Shown: positions 54,570-63,650 of the stretch, in pieces
How positions within the stretch are numbered: the first letter of the stretch is position 1
Layout: each line of letters starts with the position of its first letter
Assembly: GCA_965220255.1 (NCBI GenBank)
Contig: OZ244816.1
Span: 2,376,491 to 2,440,490, forward strand
Direction: 5' to 3'
DNA: 64,000 bases
DNA from: Dehalococcoidia bacterium
GTDB taxonomy: Bacteria; Chloroflexota; Dehalococcoidia; Lucifugimonadales; VXLM01
Program-made: the position numbers and the translations under genes
Notes under the pieces: generated by a model
Seen by the model: the letters and a program-made list of their open reading frames with translations, nothing else
What the model was told of the DNA's origin: nothing
The model's database searches: none

Positions 54570-55571
54570 ATGCCAGCAGAGATGTTCTACGACAACGACG
54601 CCGACCTGTCCCTCTTGGAGGACAAGACCATCGGCATCATCGGATACGGAAGCCAGGGTCACGCCCACGCCCTCAACTGCCATGACAACGGCCTCAACGT
54701 GATGGTCGGACTGTACGAGGGCAGCAGAAGCCGTGAAAAGGCCGAGAGCGACGGCCTGCGCGTCGGAACCGTCGACGAGACGGCCGCGGAGTCCGACATC
54801 GTCATGGTGCTCATCCCCGACCACCTCCAGGCCGATGTCTACAATCAGGAGATCGCCCCGCACATGGGCGCGGGCAAGACGCTCATGTTCGCCCATGGCT
54901 TCAATATCCACTATGAGACCATCACCCCATCGGAGAACATCGATGTCTCCATGGTCGCGCCCAAGGCCCCCGGTCACCGGATGCGCGAGGTCTTTACGCG
55001 CGGCTCCGGCGTGCCCGGACTGCTGGCAATCCATCAGGACGCCTCCGGTTCCGCCCGCGACATCGGCCTGGCTTACGCCAGGGGAGTGGGCTGCACACGA
55101 GCCGGAGTCCTAACGACCACCTTCAAGGAGGAGACCGAGACCGACCTTTTCGGCGAGCAGACCATCCTCTGCGGCGGCGTAACCGCCCTCATCAAGGCGG
55201 GTTACGAGGTCCTCGTCGAGGCGGGGTACCAGCCGGAGTCGGCCTACTTCGAGTGCATGCACGAGCTCAAGCTCATCGTCGATCTGCTCTACCAGGGCGG
55301 CATGGAGTACATGCGCTATTCCGTCAGCGATACCGCCGAGTACGGCGATCTGACCCGGGGCCCGGTCGTCGTCGACGAGCGCGTCAAGGAGAACATGAAG
55401 AAGGTACTCGAGGCCGTTCAGGACGGCACCTTCGCCCGCGAGTGGATAGCGGAGAACGACGAGGGCCGCCACCGCTTCACCCAACTCCGCAAAGAAGCCG
55501 CCGAGCACTCCATCGAAAAGGTCGGCGCGGAACTCCGTGGCATGATGAGTTTCCTAAAGGATGCCGACTAA
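54570..55571 (+). CDS. ilvC: Ketol-acid reductoisomerase
   Basis: [43 protein letters not shown]. Confidence 0.95.
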   Translation: MPAEMFYDNDADLSLLEDKTIGIIGYGSQGHAHALNCHDNGLNVMVGLYEGSRSREKAESDGLRVGTVDETAAESDIVMVLIPDHLQADVYNQEIAPHMGAGKTLMFAHGFNIHYETITPSENIDVSMVAPKAPGHRMREVFTRGSGVPGLLAIHQDASGSARDIGLAYARGVGCTRAGVLTTTFKEETETDLFGEQTILCGGVTALIKAGYEVLVEAGYQPESAYFECMHELKLIVDLLYQGGMEYMRYSVSDTAEYGDLTRGPVVVDERVKENMKKVLEAVQDGTFAREWIAENDEGRHRFTQLRKEAAEHSIEKVGAELRGMMSFLKDAD

Positions 55572-55595
55572 CTACCCATAGGAGGCAAACTAATC

Positions 55596-56022
55596 ATGGG
55601 AGAAGGCATTCGAAATCCGGAGGTTCGTTGAAACCGACACGGAGAGCGTCGTCGCTCTGTGGACCAACGTCTTCGGCTACGACGGACTGCATAACGACCC
55701 TCTGCTATCGATCAAGCAAAAGACCTCCCGCGACCCCGACCTCTTCCTGGTCGCAATCACCGAAGGCCGGGTGATAGGCACCGTAATGGGCGGCTACGAC
55801 GGACACCGAGGCTGGGTCTACTCACTGGCAGTCTACAACCGCGAGCGACACAGAGGCATCGGAACGGCATTGGTAGAGAATATCGAGCAGTCCCTGAAAG
55901 CCCTCGGATGCCTGAAAGTGAATCTGCAGGTTGTTGGCTCGAATTCAAACGTTGTCGACTTTTACAAAAAACTAGGGTTCTCGGTCGAAGACCGCATAAG
56001 CATGGGCAAAAGACTGTATTGA
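55596..56022 (+). CDS. GNAT-family N-acetyltransferase with a frame-disrupted or non-canonical 5' end
   Basis: GNAT motif A RGIGTALV and C-terminal FYKKLGF. The well-placed SD+ATG (GGAGG at 55581, ATG at 55596) is in a different frame from the GNAT body. That body is open from 55594 with no ATG/GTG/TTG before 55771. Confidence 0.55.
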
Positions 56023-56033
56023 GAAGGTCACGT

Positions 56034-56984
56034 ATGACGACCGTGAGACACCAGGCAAATCGCGGAGGAAGTGCTGTTCCGATAAGCATGGGCGGTCTCT
56101 TGGGCATCGAGCCTGAGTTCTCTCCGAATGCCATCCCTGTGCTGTCGGAGAGTGTAGTCAATGTCGCGTCCGTGCCGCAGAGGAGCCCCCTGCGCTATCC
56201 CGGTGGCAAGACTTGGCTTGTTCCTCAGATACGTAATTGGCTAGCCGGTTTGGATACTCGTCCGGAAGTGTTTGTAGAACCTTTCGCTGGTGGCGCTATT
56301 GCGTCTCTAACGGCCGTGATGGACGGACTGGCGGATCGTGCGGTGCTGTGTGAAATCGATCCCGACATCGCTCTCCTGTGGCGATGCATCATCGACCATT
56401 CTGAGCGGCTGGCGCAACTGGTAGAGGTGTTCGAAGCGACCAATGAAAACGTGCAGGCGATCTTGGGCGAGACTGATGGTGATGAAGTCAACACCGCATT
56501 CAAAACGTTGCTGCGAAACAGGATTAGTCGTGGCGGCATTCTTGCCAAGGGCGCCTCGATAATGAAGCAAGGTGAAAATGGAAGCGGCGTCGCGTCCCGC
56601 TGGTATCCCAGAACTCTAGCTACTCGCATCCGCGCCATCGGAAGCTATGCTGACCGGATCGAGTTCATTCATGGCGATGGCATGAGCCTCATCGACCAGG
56701 GTAAGGATAGCCCAACGACCGCGTTCTTCATCGACCCCCCGTACACCGCCGCAGGAAAGCGAGCCGGAAGACGCCTCTACAACCATAATGATATCGACCA
56801 TGAAGACCTGTTCGAGCGCATGGCCACCGTAAAAGGTCCCTTCATGATGACATACGACGAGAGTGATGAAATCATCCGAATGGCGCGGGGCCATAGGTTC
56901 TGCATGTCTAAGGTGCCTATGAAGAATACGCACCACGACCTTTTGTATGAGTTGCTCATCACGTCGAGTGAGCTGTCGGCGTGA
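56034..56984 (+). CDS. D12-class (Dam-like, alpha-group) N6-adenine DNA methyltransferase
   Basis: PLRYPGGKTWL, SAM motif VEPFAGGA and catalytic DPPY at 56733-56744. An alternative start at Met 56088 is possible. Confidence 0.85.
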   Translation: MTTVRHQANRGGSAVPISMGGLLGIEPEFSPNAIPVLSESVVNVASVPQRSPLRYPGGKTWLVPQIRNWLAGLDTRPEVFVEPFAGGAIASLTAVMDGLADRAVLCEIDPDIALLWRCIIDHSERLAQLVEVFEATNENVQAILGETDGDEVNTAFKTLLRNRISRGGILAKGASIMKQGENGSGVASRWYPRTLATRIRAIGSYADRIEFIHGDGMSLIDQGKDSPTTAFFIDPPYTAAGKRAGRRLYNHNDIDHEDLFERMATVKGPFMMTYDESDEIIRMARGHRFCMSKVPMKNTHHDLLYELLITSSELSA

Positions 56985-57856
56985 GCAAAACACGCCGTTT
57001 TGGAATAGGAGAGTGGTACGGACATTCTTATGTAGGGCTGACTTCCGACGAGAGGCGAACATATTCCAGTTCCCCGGAAACTCAGCCATGTCCATTTAGG
57101 ATCAAAGGAGGTTCATGCACCAAGAAAGGTGGAGTCTGTTCCTTCCGTCTCTATAGGAACGACGATGGGCTAGCCGTTCCGACACTGGATGACGAAGACG
57201 GATTGCGGGTACTTTGCCCTCGACGATTTGAAGAGGATATGACGATATTTCAGTGGGTCGGTGAGACCGTTCTTGGTACGCCGACACCCGAAATAGTAAC
57301 TGAAGTCGGTTTTCTCAAAGCGGAAGAACGCAATGCTCACGTAGGGCGGATAGATATGGTTCTGGCTAATCGAGGGAATCACTTGTCGAGCCTGGAATGG
57401 TGCGCTCTGGAGATACAGGCGGTCTATTTCTCAGGCAGGAGCATGACCGCTGAGTTCCATAGCATCGGAGCGTTTGGAGGTGAAGGGCCGCCATTTCCGG
57501 GACACACACGGAGACCGGACTATCGAAGTAGCGGGCCTAAGCGATTGATGCCCCAGTTGCAAACCAAGGTGCCTACGCTCCGACGGTGGGGAAAGAAGAT
57601 GGCGGTTGTAGTCGATAAACACTTCTTCGCGTCATTGGGACATATGGAAGAGGTTGATGACCTCTCGAGCGGAGACATTGCTTGGTTCACAGTGGATTTT
57701 GAAGAAACCGACGATGGCAGAAGTTTCCAATTGGTTCGAGACAAAGTTCATGTCACGACGTTGGAGAGGGCTACGGAGGGCCTTACCGGAGGCTATCCTG
57801 TGACATTGACTGAATTTGAAAGAGGCATACTGTCCAAGCTGAGTAGTACGAGGTAA
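56981..57856 (+). CDS. NotI-family (PD-(D/E)xK with N-terminal Cys4 metal site) type II restriction endonuclease
   Basis: CPF...C...GVC...LCPRRF four-Cys pattern. GRIDMVL and LEIQAVYFSG resemble my recollection of NotI (CPF..C..GVC..CPNR; LEIQTMDFHGS). GTGA overlap with the methylase stop. Confidence 0.6.
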   Translation: MSKTRRFGIGEWYGHSYVGLTSDERRTYSSSPETQPCPFRIKGGSCTKKGGVCSFRLYRNDDGLAVPTLDDEDGLRVLCPRRFEEDMTIFQWVGETVLGTPTPEIVTEVGFLKAEERNAHVGRIDMVLANRGNHLSSLEWCALEIQAVYFSGRSMTAEFHSIGAFGGEGPPFPGHTRRPDYRSSGPKRLMPQLQTKVPTLRRWGKKMAVVVDKHFFASLGHMEEVDDLSSGDIAWFTVDFEETDDGRSFQLVRDKVHVTTLERATEGLTGGYPVTLTEFERGILSKLSSTR

Positions 57857-58018
57857 GACGAATGCACACAACGGAGGAATCCCACGTAGTTCGCCGGCAA
57901 TGGCGGGTCCTGGCAGGGCTCGGCATGGCGGACTGCGTTGCCCTTAGGTAACGGCCCCTCACTAACCGACCGAAGGGTTAGAGACACGTACAAGCCTGCC
58001 GTACAAGGGAGAAATACC

Positions 58019-59581
58019 ATGACAACCAAAGATAACGTACTGATCTTCGACACCACGCTGCGCGACGGCGAGCAGTCCGCCGGAATCGGCCTGACGCTCG
58101 ACGAGAAGATGGAGATCGCAAAGCAGCTCGAACGCCTCGGCGTTGACATCATCGAGGCGGGATTCGCCGCAAGCTCACCGGGCGACTTCGAGGCGGTCTC
58201 CGCCATAGCCAAGGAGGTCCGCGTGCCTACCATCGCATCGCTCGCACGCTGCGTCCCCGGCGACATCGACGCCGCGTGGGAGGCTATCAAGGACGCCGCC
58301 AGTCCTCGCATCCACACGTTCATATCGAGTTCCGACAGCCACCTGATGGACCTCCTGCGAAAGAACCCGGAGGAGGTGCTCGATCAGGCTGTCTCATCCG
58401 TCGAGCGCGCCCGAAACCTCTGCGACAACGTCGAGTTCTCGCCGATGGACGCCACGCGCACGGACATCGAGTACCTGTACCGGATGCTCGAGGCCTGCAT
58501 CAACGCCGGCGCTACCACCGTGAACATTCCCGATACCGTCGGGTATGCGCTCCCGACCGAGTTCGCTGAGCGCATCCGCCTCATCAAGGAGAACGTCCCG
58601 AACATCGACAAGGCCATAATCAGCGTCCACTGCCACAACGACCTCGGCAACGCCGCGCCGAACAGCATCGCGGCCGTCATAGAAGGCGCTCGACAGGTCG
58701 AGGGATGCATCAACGGCCTCGGCGAGCGCGCGGGCAATGCCTCCCTTGAAGAGGTCATCATGACCATCGAGACCCGTGGTGATGCCCTCGGCGTGACGAC
58801 CAATATCGACACCCGGCAGATCTACCGCACGAGCCGACTCGTCAGCGACATCACCGGGTTCCCCGTTCAGCCCAATAAGGCCATTGTCGGGGCGAACGCC
58901 TTTCGCCATGCCTCCGGCATCCACCAGGACGGCGTCATCAAGTCCCGCACCACCTTCGAGATCATGGACCCGCACACCGTCGGCTGGCCGAGCAGCAGCC
59001 TCGTGCTGGGCAAGCTGAGCGGACGCGCCGGTCTCCGGTCTCGGCTGGAAGAGTTGGGCTTCACGCTCGACCAGTCGCAGCTCGACCTGGCATTCCAGGC
59101 ATTCAAGGAACTGGCCGACCGCAAGCGCGAGGTGACCGACGCCGACCTCATGTCGCTCATGTCCATGCAGCGCCGCCGTCAGGACGTCGTGCAGGTCTAC
59201 AAGATGGAGCGAGTACAGGTCACTTGCGGCAACGGTGAGATTCCCACCGCCACCGTGCAACTCGTCAACCCGGACGGCGAGACAGTTACCGACGCCGCCA
59301 CCGGAGCCGGACCGGTCGACGCCGTCTATCAGGCCATCAACCGCATCGTCGGTGTGCCGAACACCCTGACCGAGTTCCGCGTGGACGCCGTCACCGAGGG
59401 CGTCGACGCGCTGGGCGACGTGACCATCCGCATCCGGCAGAACGGCAACACCTTTGTCGGGCGCGGCTCCGACACCGACATCATCGTCGCCAGCGCGAGG
59501 GCTTACATGAACGCCCTCAACCGCGCCCTCGCCGAGATGGAGGACCAGAAGCTCCCGATGGAGCCAGTTCCGACGAGCTAG
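58019..59581 (+). CDS. leuA: 2-isopropylmalate synthase
   Basis: IFDTTLRDGEQSAG, HCHNDLGNA and the C-terminal LeuA dimerisation/regulatory domain. ATG at 58019 is preceded by AAGGGAG. Confidence 0.95.
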   Translation: MTTKDNVLIFDTTLRDGEQSAGIGLTLDEKMEIAKQLERLGVDIIEAGFAASSPGDFEAVSAIAKEVRVPTIASLARCVPGDIDAAWEAIKDAASPRIHTFISSSDSHLMDLLRKNPEEVLDQAVSSVERARNLCDNVEFSPMDATRTDIEYLYRMLEACINAGATTVNIPDTVGYALPTEFAERIRLIKENVPNIDKAIISVHCHNDLGNAAPNSIAAVIEGARQVEGCINGLGERAGNASLEEVIMTIETRGDALGVTTNIDTRQIYRTSRLVSDITGFPVQPNKAIVGANAFRHASGIHQDGVIKSRTTFEIMDPHTVGWPSSSLVLGKLSGRAGLRSRLEELGFTLDQSQLDLAFQAFKELADRKREVTDADLMSLMSMQRRRQDVVQVYKMERVQVTCGNGEIPTATVQLVNPDGETVTDAATGAGPVDAVYQAINRIVGVPNTLTEFRVDAVTEGVDALGDVTIRIRQNGNTFVGRGSDTDIIVASARAYMNALNRALAEMEDQKLPMEPVPTS

Positions 59582-59620
59582 CGGCCATCGGCGTGTACTT
59601 CACGGCGATCGCTTAACCCG

Positions 59621-59649
59621 GTAGGGGCAGGTTTCAAACCTGCCCCTGC
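59621..59649. repeat. Family B palindromic hairpin repeat, probable bidirectional terminator
   Basis: gtaggggcaggtttcaaacctgcccctgc, between convergent leuA and the VOC gene. Confidence 0.65.
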
Positions 59650-59721
59650 TTCGTTTACCCGCCGGGCCAGCCCCTTCTCCCATTCGGAGCCTTGTAATGC
59701 CTCAGTTTGAAATGTCAAATC

Positions 59722-60084
59722 TTACGAAGTGGGTTCCCAAAGCTCGATCGCGTTTCCTTCGGGGTCGTGGATGCGGGCGAAGCGGCCTATGCCCTCCATC
59801 TCGCTTTCGAGGCTGACCTCGATATCCGCAGACTTCAGTTGTGCGACCATCGCGTCCAAATCGGCCACGCGGAAATTCAGCATGAAAGTCTTGTCCGCTG
59901 CGAAATAGTCCGTGTCAGCATCGAAGGGCGAGAAAACCGTTACCCCGGACTCGGTCACCCATGGCTCCATCTCCATGTTCGTCGGAGCAGGATTGATACC
60001 AAGGTGGTCCTGATACCATTTCGCAAGTGCTTCCGGGTTCTTTGCCCGAAAGAAGAACCCGCCGAATCCCTGGACCTTCTGCAT
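59722..60084 (-). CDS. VOC (glyoxalase) family protein
   Basis: 120 aa. GFFFRAKNPEALAKWYQDHLG and a C-terminal HDPEGNAIELWE. Confidence 0.8.
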   Translation of the reverse strand: MQKVQGFGGFFFRAKNPEALAKWYQDHLGINPAPTNMEMEPWVTESGVTVFSPFDADTDYFAADKTFMLNFRVADLDAMVAQLKSADIEVSLESEMEGIGRFARIHDPEGNAIELWEPTS

Positions 60085-60132
60085 GTTTCACCTTTCTTTG
60101 CGTGGAAGTCTCTAGACGTGAGGGTGCTCTCC

Positions 60133-60978
60133 CTACCTCTTCCCTGCAATCACGTTCATCGTATCCGCCCGCGTCTCCGTGCCCTTGCGAAGCGTGTACG
60201 GCGACAGTTCGATGTGAGGAACCGTCGGCGCGCTCTCCTGCACGAACCCCTCGGCGTACGGCACTCCCGCCGACATGCCTTGATGCCCCACACCTATCTC
60301 TACTCGGCGCGCGCCGTACTCCTCGTCGTGACCCTGCGACTTGTACATTGCCTCGGCCTTCTTGCGCGCGTCGATCTGGTCCGTCACGTCGACGGCGAAG
60401 TCCCAGTACTCGCGGGCGAAGTAGACGCCGGGGAAGAACGTGGCCGGCACCGTATGCGGCGGCGTCCGCTGGCCGTAGCGCGGTAGCTGTGCAAGCAGTT
60501 TCGCCTCCATCGTGGCCATGCCCGTCTCCGTATGGTCGTTCTTCGTGGCAGACGCCATACCGTGATGCCTGTCTACGAACGGGCTCTGCGCCAGTATCAC
60601 GTGCGGACGGATCTCTAGGATCAGTTCACGCATCGCCTCGATGGAGTCCGGCTGCCGCTCCACGACGAACGGCTTGTCTGTGAACTGAAGGACTCGCACG
60701 TCCGTCACGCCGAACAGCGCCCCGACCTGTTTCAACTCCGCAGCCTTCTCCGCCGCGTAGCTTTCCGCCGACTGGTTGACGATGGCCGGGTCCTGCTCGC
60801 TTTCGGGCTTCCTGAGCTCGTCCGCAAGACGCTCGTTGTGCGTCATCCTGCCCGACGTCATCGACACCCATATCACCTCGTCGCCCAATCCCGAGTGGAC
60901 CCCGCAGGTACCCGCCACGTGGGTAAAGTCATGAGGGTGCGCCATCACCACAAGAAACCGAAGCTGTTCTCGCGCCAT
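60133..60978 (-). CDS. PIG-L/LmbE-family deacetylase-like protein
   Basis: N-terminal LVVMAHPHDFTHVAG resembles the AHPDD zinc motif of the family. Remaining similarity is judged by eye only. Confidence 0.55.
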   Translation of the reverse strand: MAREQLRFLVVMAHPHDFTHVAGTCGVHSGLGDEVIWVSMTSGRMTHNERLADELRKPESEQDPAIVNQSAESYAAEKAAELKQVGALFGVTDVRVLQFTDKPFVVERQPDSIEAMRELILEIRPHVILAQSPFVDRHHGMASATKNDHTETGMATMEAKLLAQLPRYGQRTPPHTVPATFFPGVYFAREYWDFAVDVTDQIDARKKAEAMYKSQGHDEEYGARRVEIGVGHQGMSAGVPYAEGFVQESAPTVPHIELSPYTLRKGTETRADTMNVIAGKR

Positions 60979-61161
60979 TGTTTACTCCTTTAGCCTATTG
61001 ATCACTGTCCTTCCCTCGCCTGGGAAAAACTTCTCCCAAGCTCCCTATCCTTCCCCTGCTGGGGGAAGGACTTAAGGAAGGGGGTTCTCCCTTCCAAACT
61101 CCGCTGCCATAATACCCCATCCACCATCCTCTGTGTCCCTGAGATTTCTGTGACGATCCCT

Positions 61162-62355
61162 TTAGCCCACCTCATACTCCCTGCTATCCGACCCTGCACC
61201 TACCACAAGACCAAGCAGAAGCACGACCGGCCCTGCCAGAAGCAGCCACATGGCCGTGTCGAGACCCCAATTATCTGACACCACGCCAAGCCCGAATGGA
61301 ATCACCGAAGCCACAATCCCGAAGACATTACCGAGCGCCACGATAGTACCGCTCCGTCCGGGCATCGAGGAGTAGGCCCGCCCTTGGAGCACCGAGTACC
61401 ATCCCGCGCACGCAAATCCCAGCAGCGCGACGATGACCAGCTTCAACTCTACCGAAGACGCGAGCAGGAACGCCGGATACAACCCCAGCACGGCGACAAC
61501 GCTGAATCGCAGGTAGGTTAGCCCCTTTATCCGTTCCAGCAGGGGAATCAAGATGAGGTTGCCAACCAGGCCCGCTCCCACCCACACCGAAAGCGTCAGC
61601 GCCGCTCTCGATTCGGATGCTCCGGCGATGTCCACCATGTACAGCGCAAGGAAGCCGAGGAATATGTCGAGCATCAGGTCCGACGCTTGCAGAAGTGCGA
61701 GCCACTTCACCACCCTGAATCTCCTGAGCGCCCCCACTGCGGTGCGTATCCCTTCCCCAAACGAAGGCGTGCTTGGATCGGACTCGCTCCTCAGCGGGCC
61801 GAGAGATATTCGGGACACCGCGATAATCGCCGGGATCGTGAGAACGGCCATCGTCAGGAACGCCATCCGCCAACCCAGACCAACCGCGATGGCAGCCGTC
61901 AGCGCCAGCGGACCGAGCGCGACCGCTACCCACCCGGCCAACTCCCAGCGCACCATGTTCTGCTCGCGGCGCGCGGGATCGAGGTCCATCAATGACGCCT
62001 GCGACAGGCTGACGAACCCACCCGACGCGGGATAGAAAATCACCCATGCTGCGAGCAGCACGACAAATCCCTGGCTTACCGAAATGAGTCCGACCGCCGC
62101 CGCGAACACCACGCCGCCCCCAAGCACGAGCAGTCTGCGATATCCCACGTCGCCCAATATGCCGATGAACGGTTCGACGAAACTGGAAACAATGCCCGGC
62201 ACGCTCAGCAGCAGCCCGATCTGCACGTACGTTAGATCGAGATCGTCACGCACTAGGGGCCATGCGGCATTCGCCACGCCTCCCACCAGTTCATCCAGGA
62301 ACACAATGGCAAGAAAGACCAGTAACGTCGTAGACGGCAGCCGCAAATGACGCAT
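61162..62355 (-). CDS. MFS transporter
   Basis: 397 aa with about 12 hydrophobic helices and a GDVGYRR-type loop between TM2 and TM3. Confidence 0.8.
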   Translation of the reverse strand: MRHLRLPSTTLLVFLAIVFLDELVGGVANAAWPLVRDDLDLTYVQIGLLLSVPGIVSSFVEPFIGILGDVGYRRLLVLGGGVVFAAAVGLISVSQGFVVLLAAWVIFYPASGGFVSLSQASLMDLDPARREQNMVRWELAGWVAVALGPLALTAAIAVGLGWRMAFLTMAVLTIPAIIAVSRISLGPLRSESDPSTPSFGEGIRTAVGALRRFRVVKWLALLQASDLMLDIFLGFLALYMVDIAGASESRAALTLSVWVGAGLVGNLILIPLLERIKGLTYLRFSVVAVLGLYPAFLLASSVELKLVIVALLGFACAGWYSVLQGRAYSSMPGRSGTIVALGNVFGIVASVIPFGLGVVSDNWGLDTAMWLLLAGPVVLLLGLVVGAGSDSREYEVG

Positions 62356-62530
62356 CGTATGCTAAGCAACCATCCCTAGTGACATCTCGTTCAGTTCTGC
62401 ACGAAGAGCATTAGGAGAGACGTTCGCCCTGAGCAGCGTTATGCCCCGGGAGCGGGGCCGTGCAGGGGTGTCGGTAACTGTCCCCAAGCCTACTCTTTTT
62501 CCCCACTCTGTGATCTCTGTGTCCTCTGTG

Positions 62531-62586
62531 GTGAATCCCCGTCGTCCTGATCAGTTACTTGAAAGCCTGTCGAAGGGCAGTTCTCC
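62531..62586 (+). repeat. Family A repeat copy with a GTGAATCCCC flank
   Basis: gtgaatccccgtcgtcctgatcagttacttgaaagcctgtcgaagggcagttctcc. The same GTGAATCCCC flank occurs at 20134 and 23488. Confidence 0.6.
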
Positions 62587-62614
62587 GCGCACCAAAGTGG
62601 TTCCTAAGACCGGA

Positions 62615-63451
62615 CTACCTGGGCGGACCCTTCCGAATGCGCTCCCTGCAACCCTTTATGGTCCCGTGCCATGACCCGAAGCTATAGATCGCCCACGTCA
62701 AACCCGCTTCCTCCAGCGCCGCAACACGCTCCGCGATCTCGGCCGGATCGTCCATCGGGTTCCCGGCTCCGGCGACCATGTCGAACGACCCGTCGCTCGT
62801 TCGATGTGCCCTGGTGAAATCGCCGATCTCGAGGAGGACGTCCGGCGTGATGGTCGTCTGACCATTGTTCACGATCGGGAACACCCCGTCCCACCGTGCG
62901 GCCCTCCGGAATGGCGCCCGATTCGGCCACTGACCACCCACCCAGATGGGAATGCGAGGCTCCTGCACCGGCTTTGGAAGAAAGGTCACATTGTCGATGC
63001 GATACTCTTCGCCCTCATACGAGAACGGCTCGCCGCTCCAAAGGCCCGCTAGAACGTCGAGTCCCTCGTCCAGCTTCCGGGCCCGTACCTTGTTGTCGGT
63101 CTCCTCACCAAACGCGCCGAACTCGGTGTCTGCGGGACTGCCGAGACCCACCCCGAAGATCAGCCTCCCGTTGGAGAGATGGTCGAGCGATACCGTCGCC
63201 CGCGCCACCTGCCAGGGCCTCCGTCGTGCCAGCGGCGTTACCATCGCCCCGATGCGGACACGCTCCGTTCGCGCCGCGACAACAGACAGCGCCACCCACG
63301 GGTCGGTGAACGGCTCCTTCATGCCCAGCCAGACGTGGTCCCACGTGAACACGCCGTCCCATCCGGCCTGCTTGGCCTCATACGCGACCTCCGCCATGAA
63401 CCGTGGGTCCGCAAACTCTTCAAACGGGGGAATGTCTATGCCGTGCTTCAC
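62615..63451 (-). CDS. LLM-class (luciferase-like) flavin/F420-dependent oxidoreductase
   Basis: GWDGVFTWDH, RVRIGAMVTPLARR, SLDHLSNGRLIFGVGLG. Confidence 0.85.
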   Translation of the reverse strand: MKHGIDIPPFEEFADPRFMAEVAYEAKQAGWDGVFTWDHVWLGMKEPFTDPWVALSVVAARTERVRIGAMVTPLARRRPWQVARATVSLDHLSNGRLIFGVGLGSPADTEFGAFGEETDNKVRARKLDEGLDVLAGLWSGEPFSYEGEEYRIDNVTFLPKPVQEPRIPIWVGGQWPNRAPFRRAARWDGVFPIVNNGQTTITPDVLLEIGDFTRAHRTSDGSFDMVAGAGNPMDDPAEIAERVAALEEAGLTWAIYSFGSWHGTIKGCRERIRKGPPR

Positions 63452-63622
63452 GAGTTGCTCCTCATTTGGTCTTCTGCATAGTCGAGAGAAGTGTACCTAC
63501 TTTCAGCCCAACGTTTCCCCACACACGCCTTTTGTGCATGAAGTAGTCGGGATCATTCCCTCGCATTTCGTAACAATCCCTCATGTCGGTTGCCATCGAC
63601 ACCATCCATCATGAAAACTACT

Positions 63623-63650
63623 GTAGGGGCGATTCGCGAATCGCCCCTAC
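63623..63650. repeat. Family B hairpin repeat, perfect 28-nt palindrome
   Basis: GTAGGGGCGATTCGCGAATCGCCCCTAC, 3' of the partial gene ending at 63791. Confidence 0.75.

Noticed and set aside
55253-55774. 173-aa plus-strand ORF bridging the ilvC 3' end and the GNAT 5' region.
   Set aside because: It is out of frame within ilvC, with an Arg/Pro/Gly-rich shadow-type product. Its existence only reflects the frame ambiguity discussed for the GNAT start.
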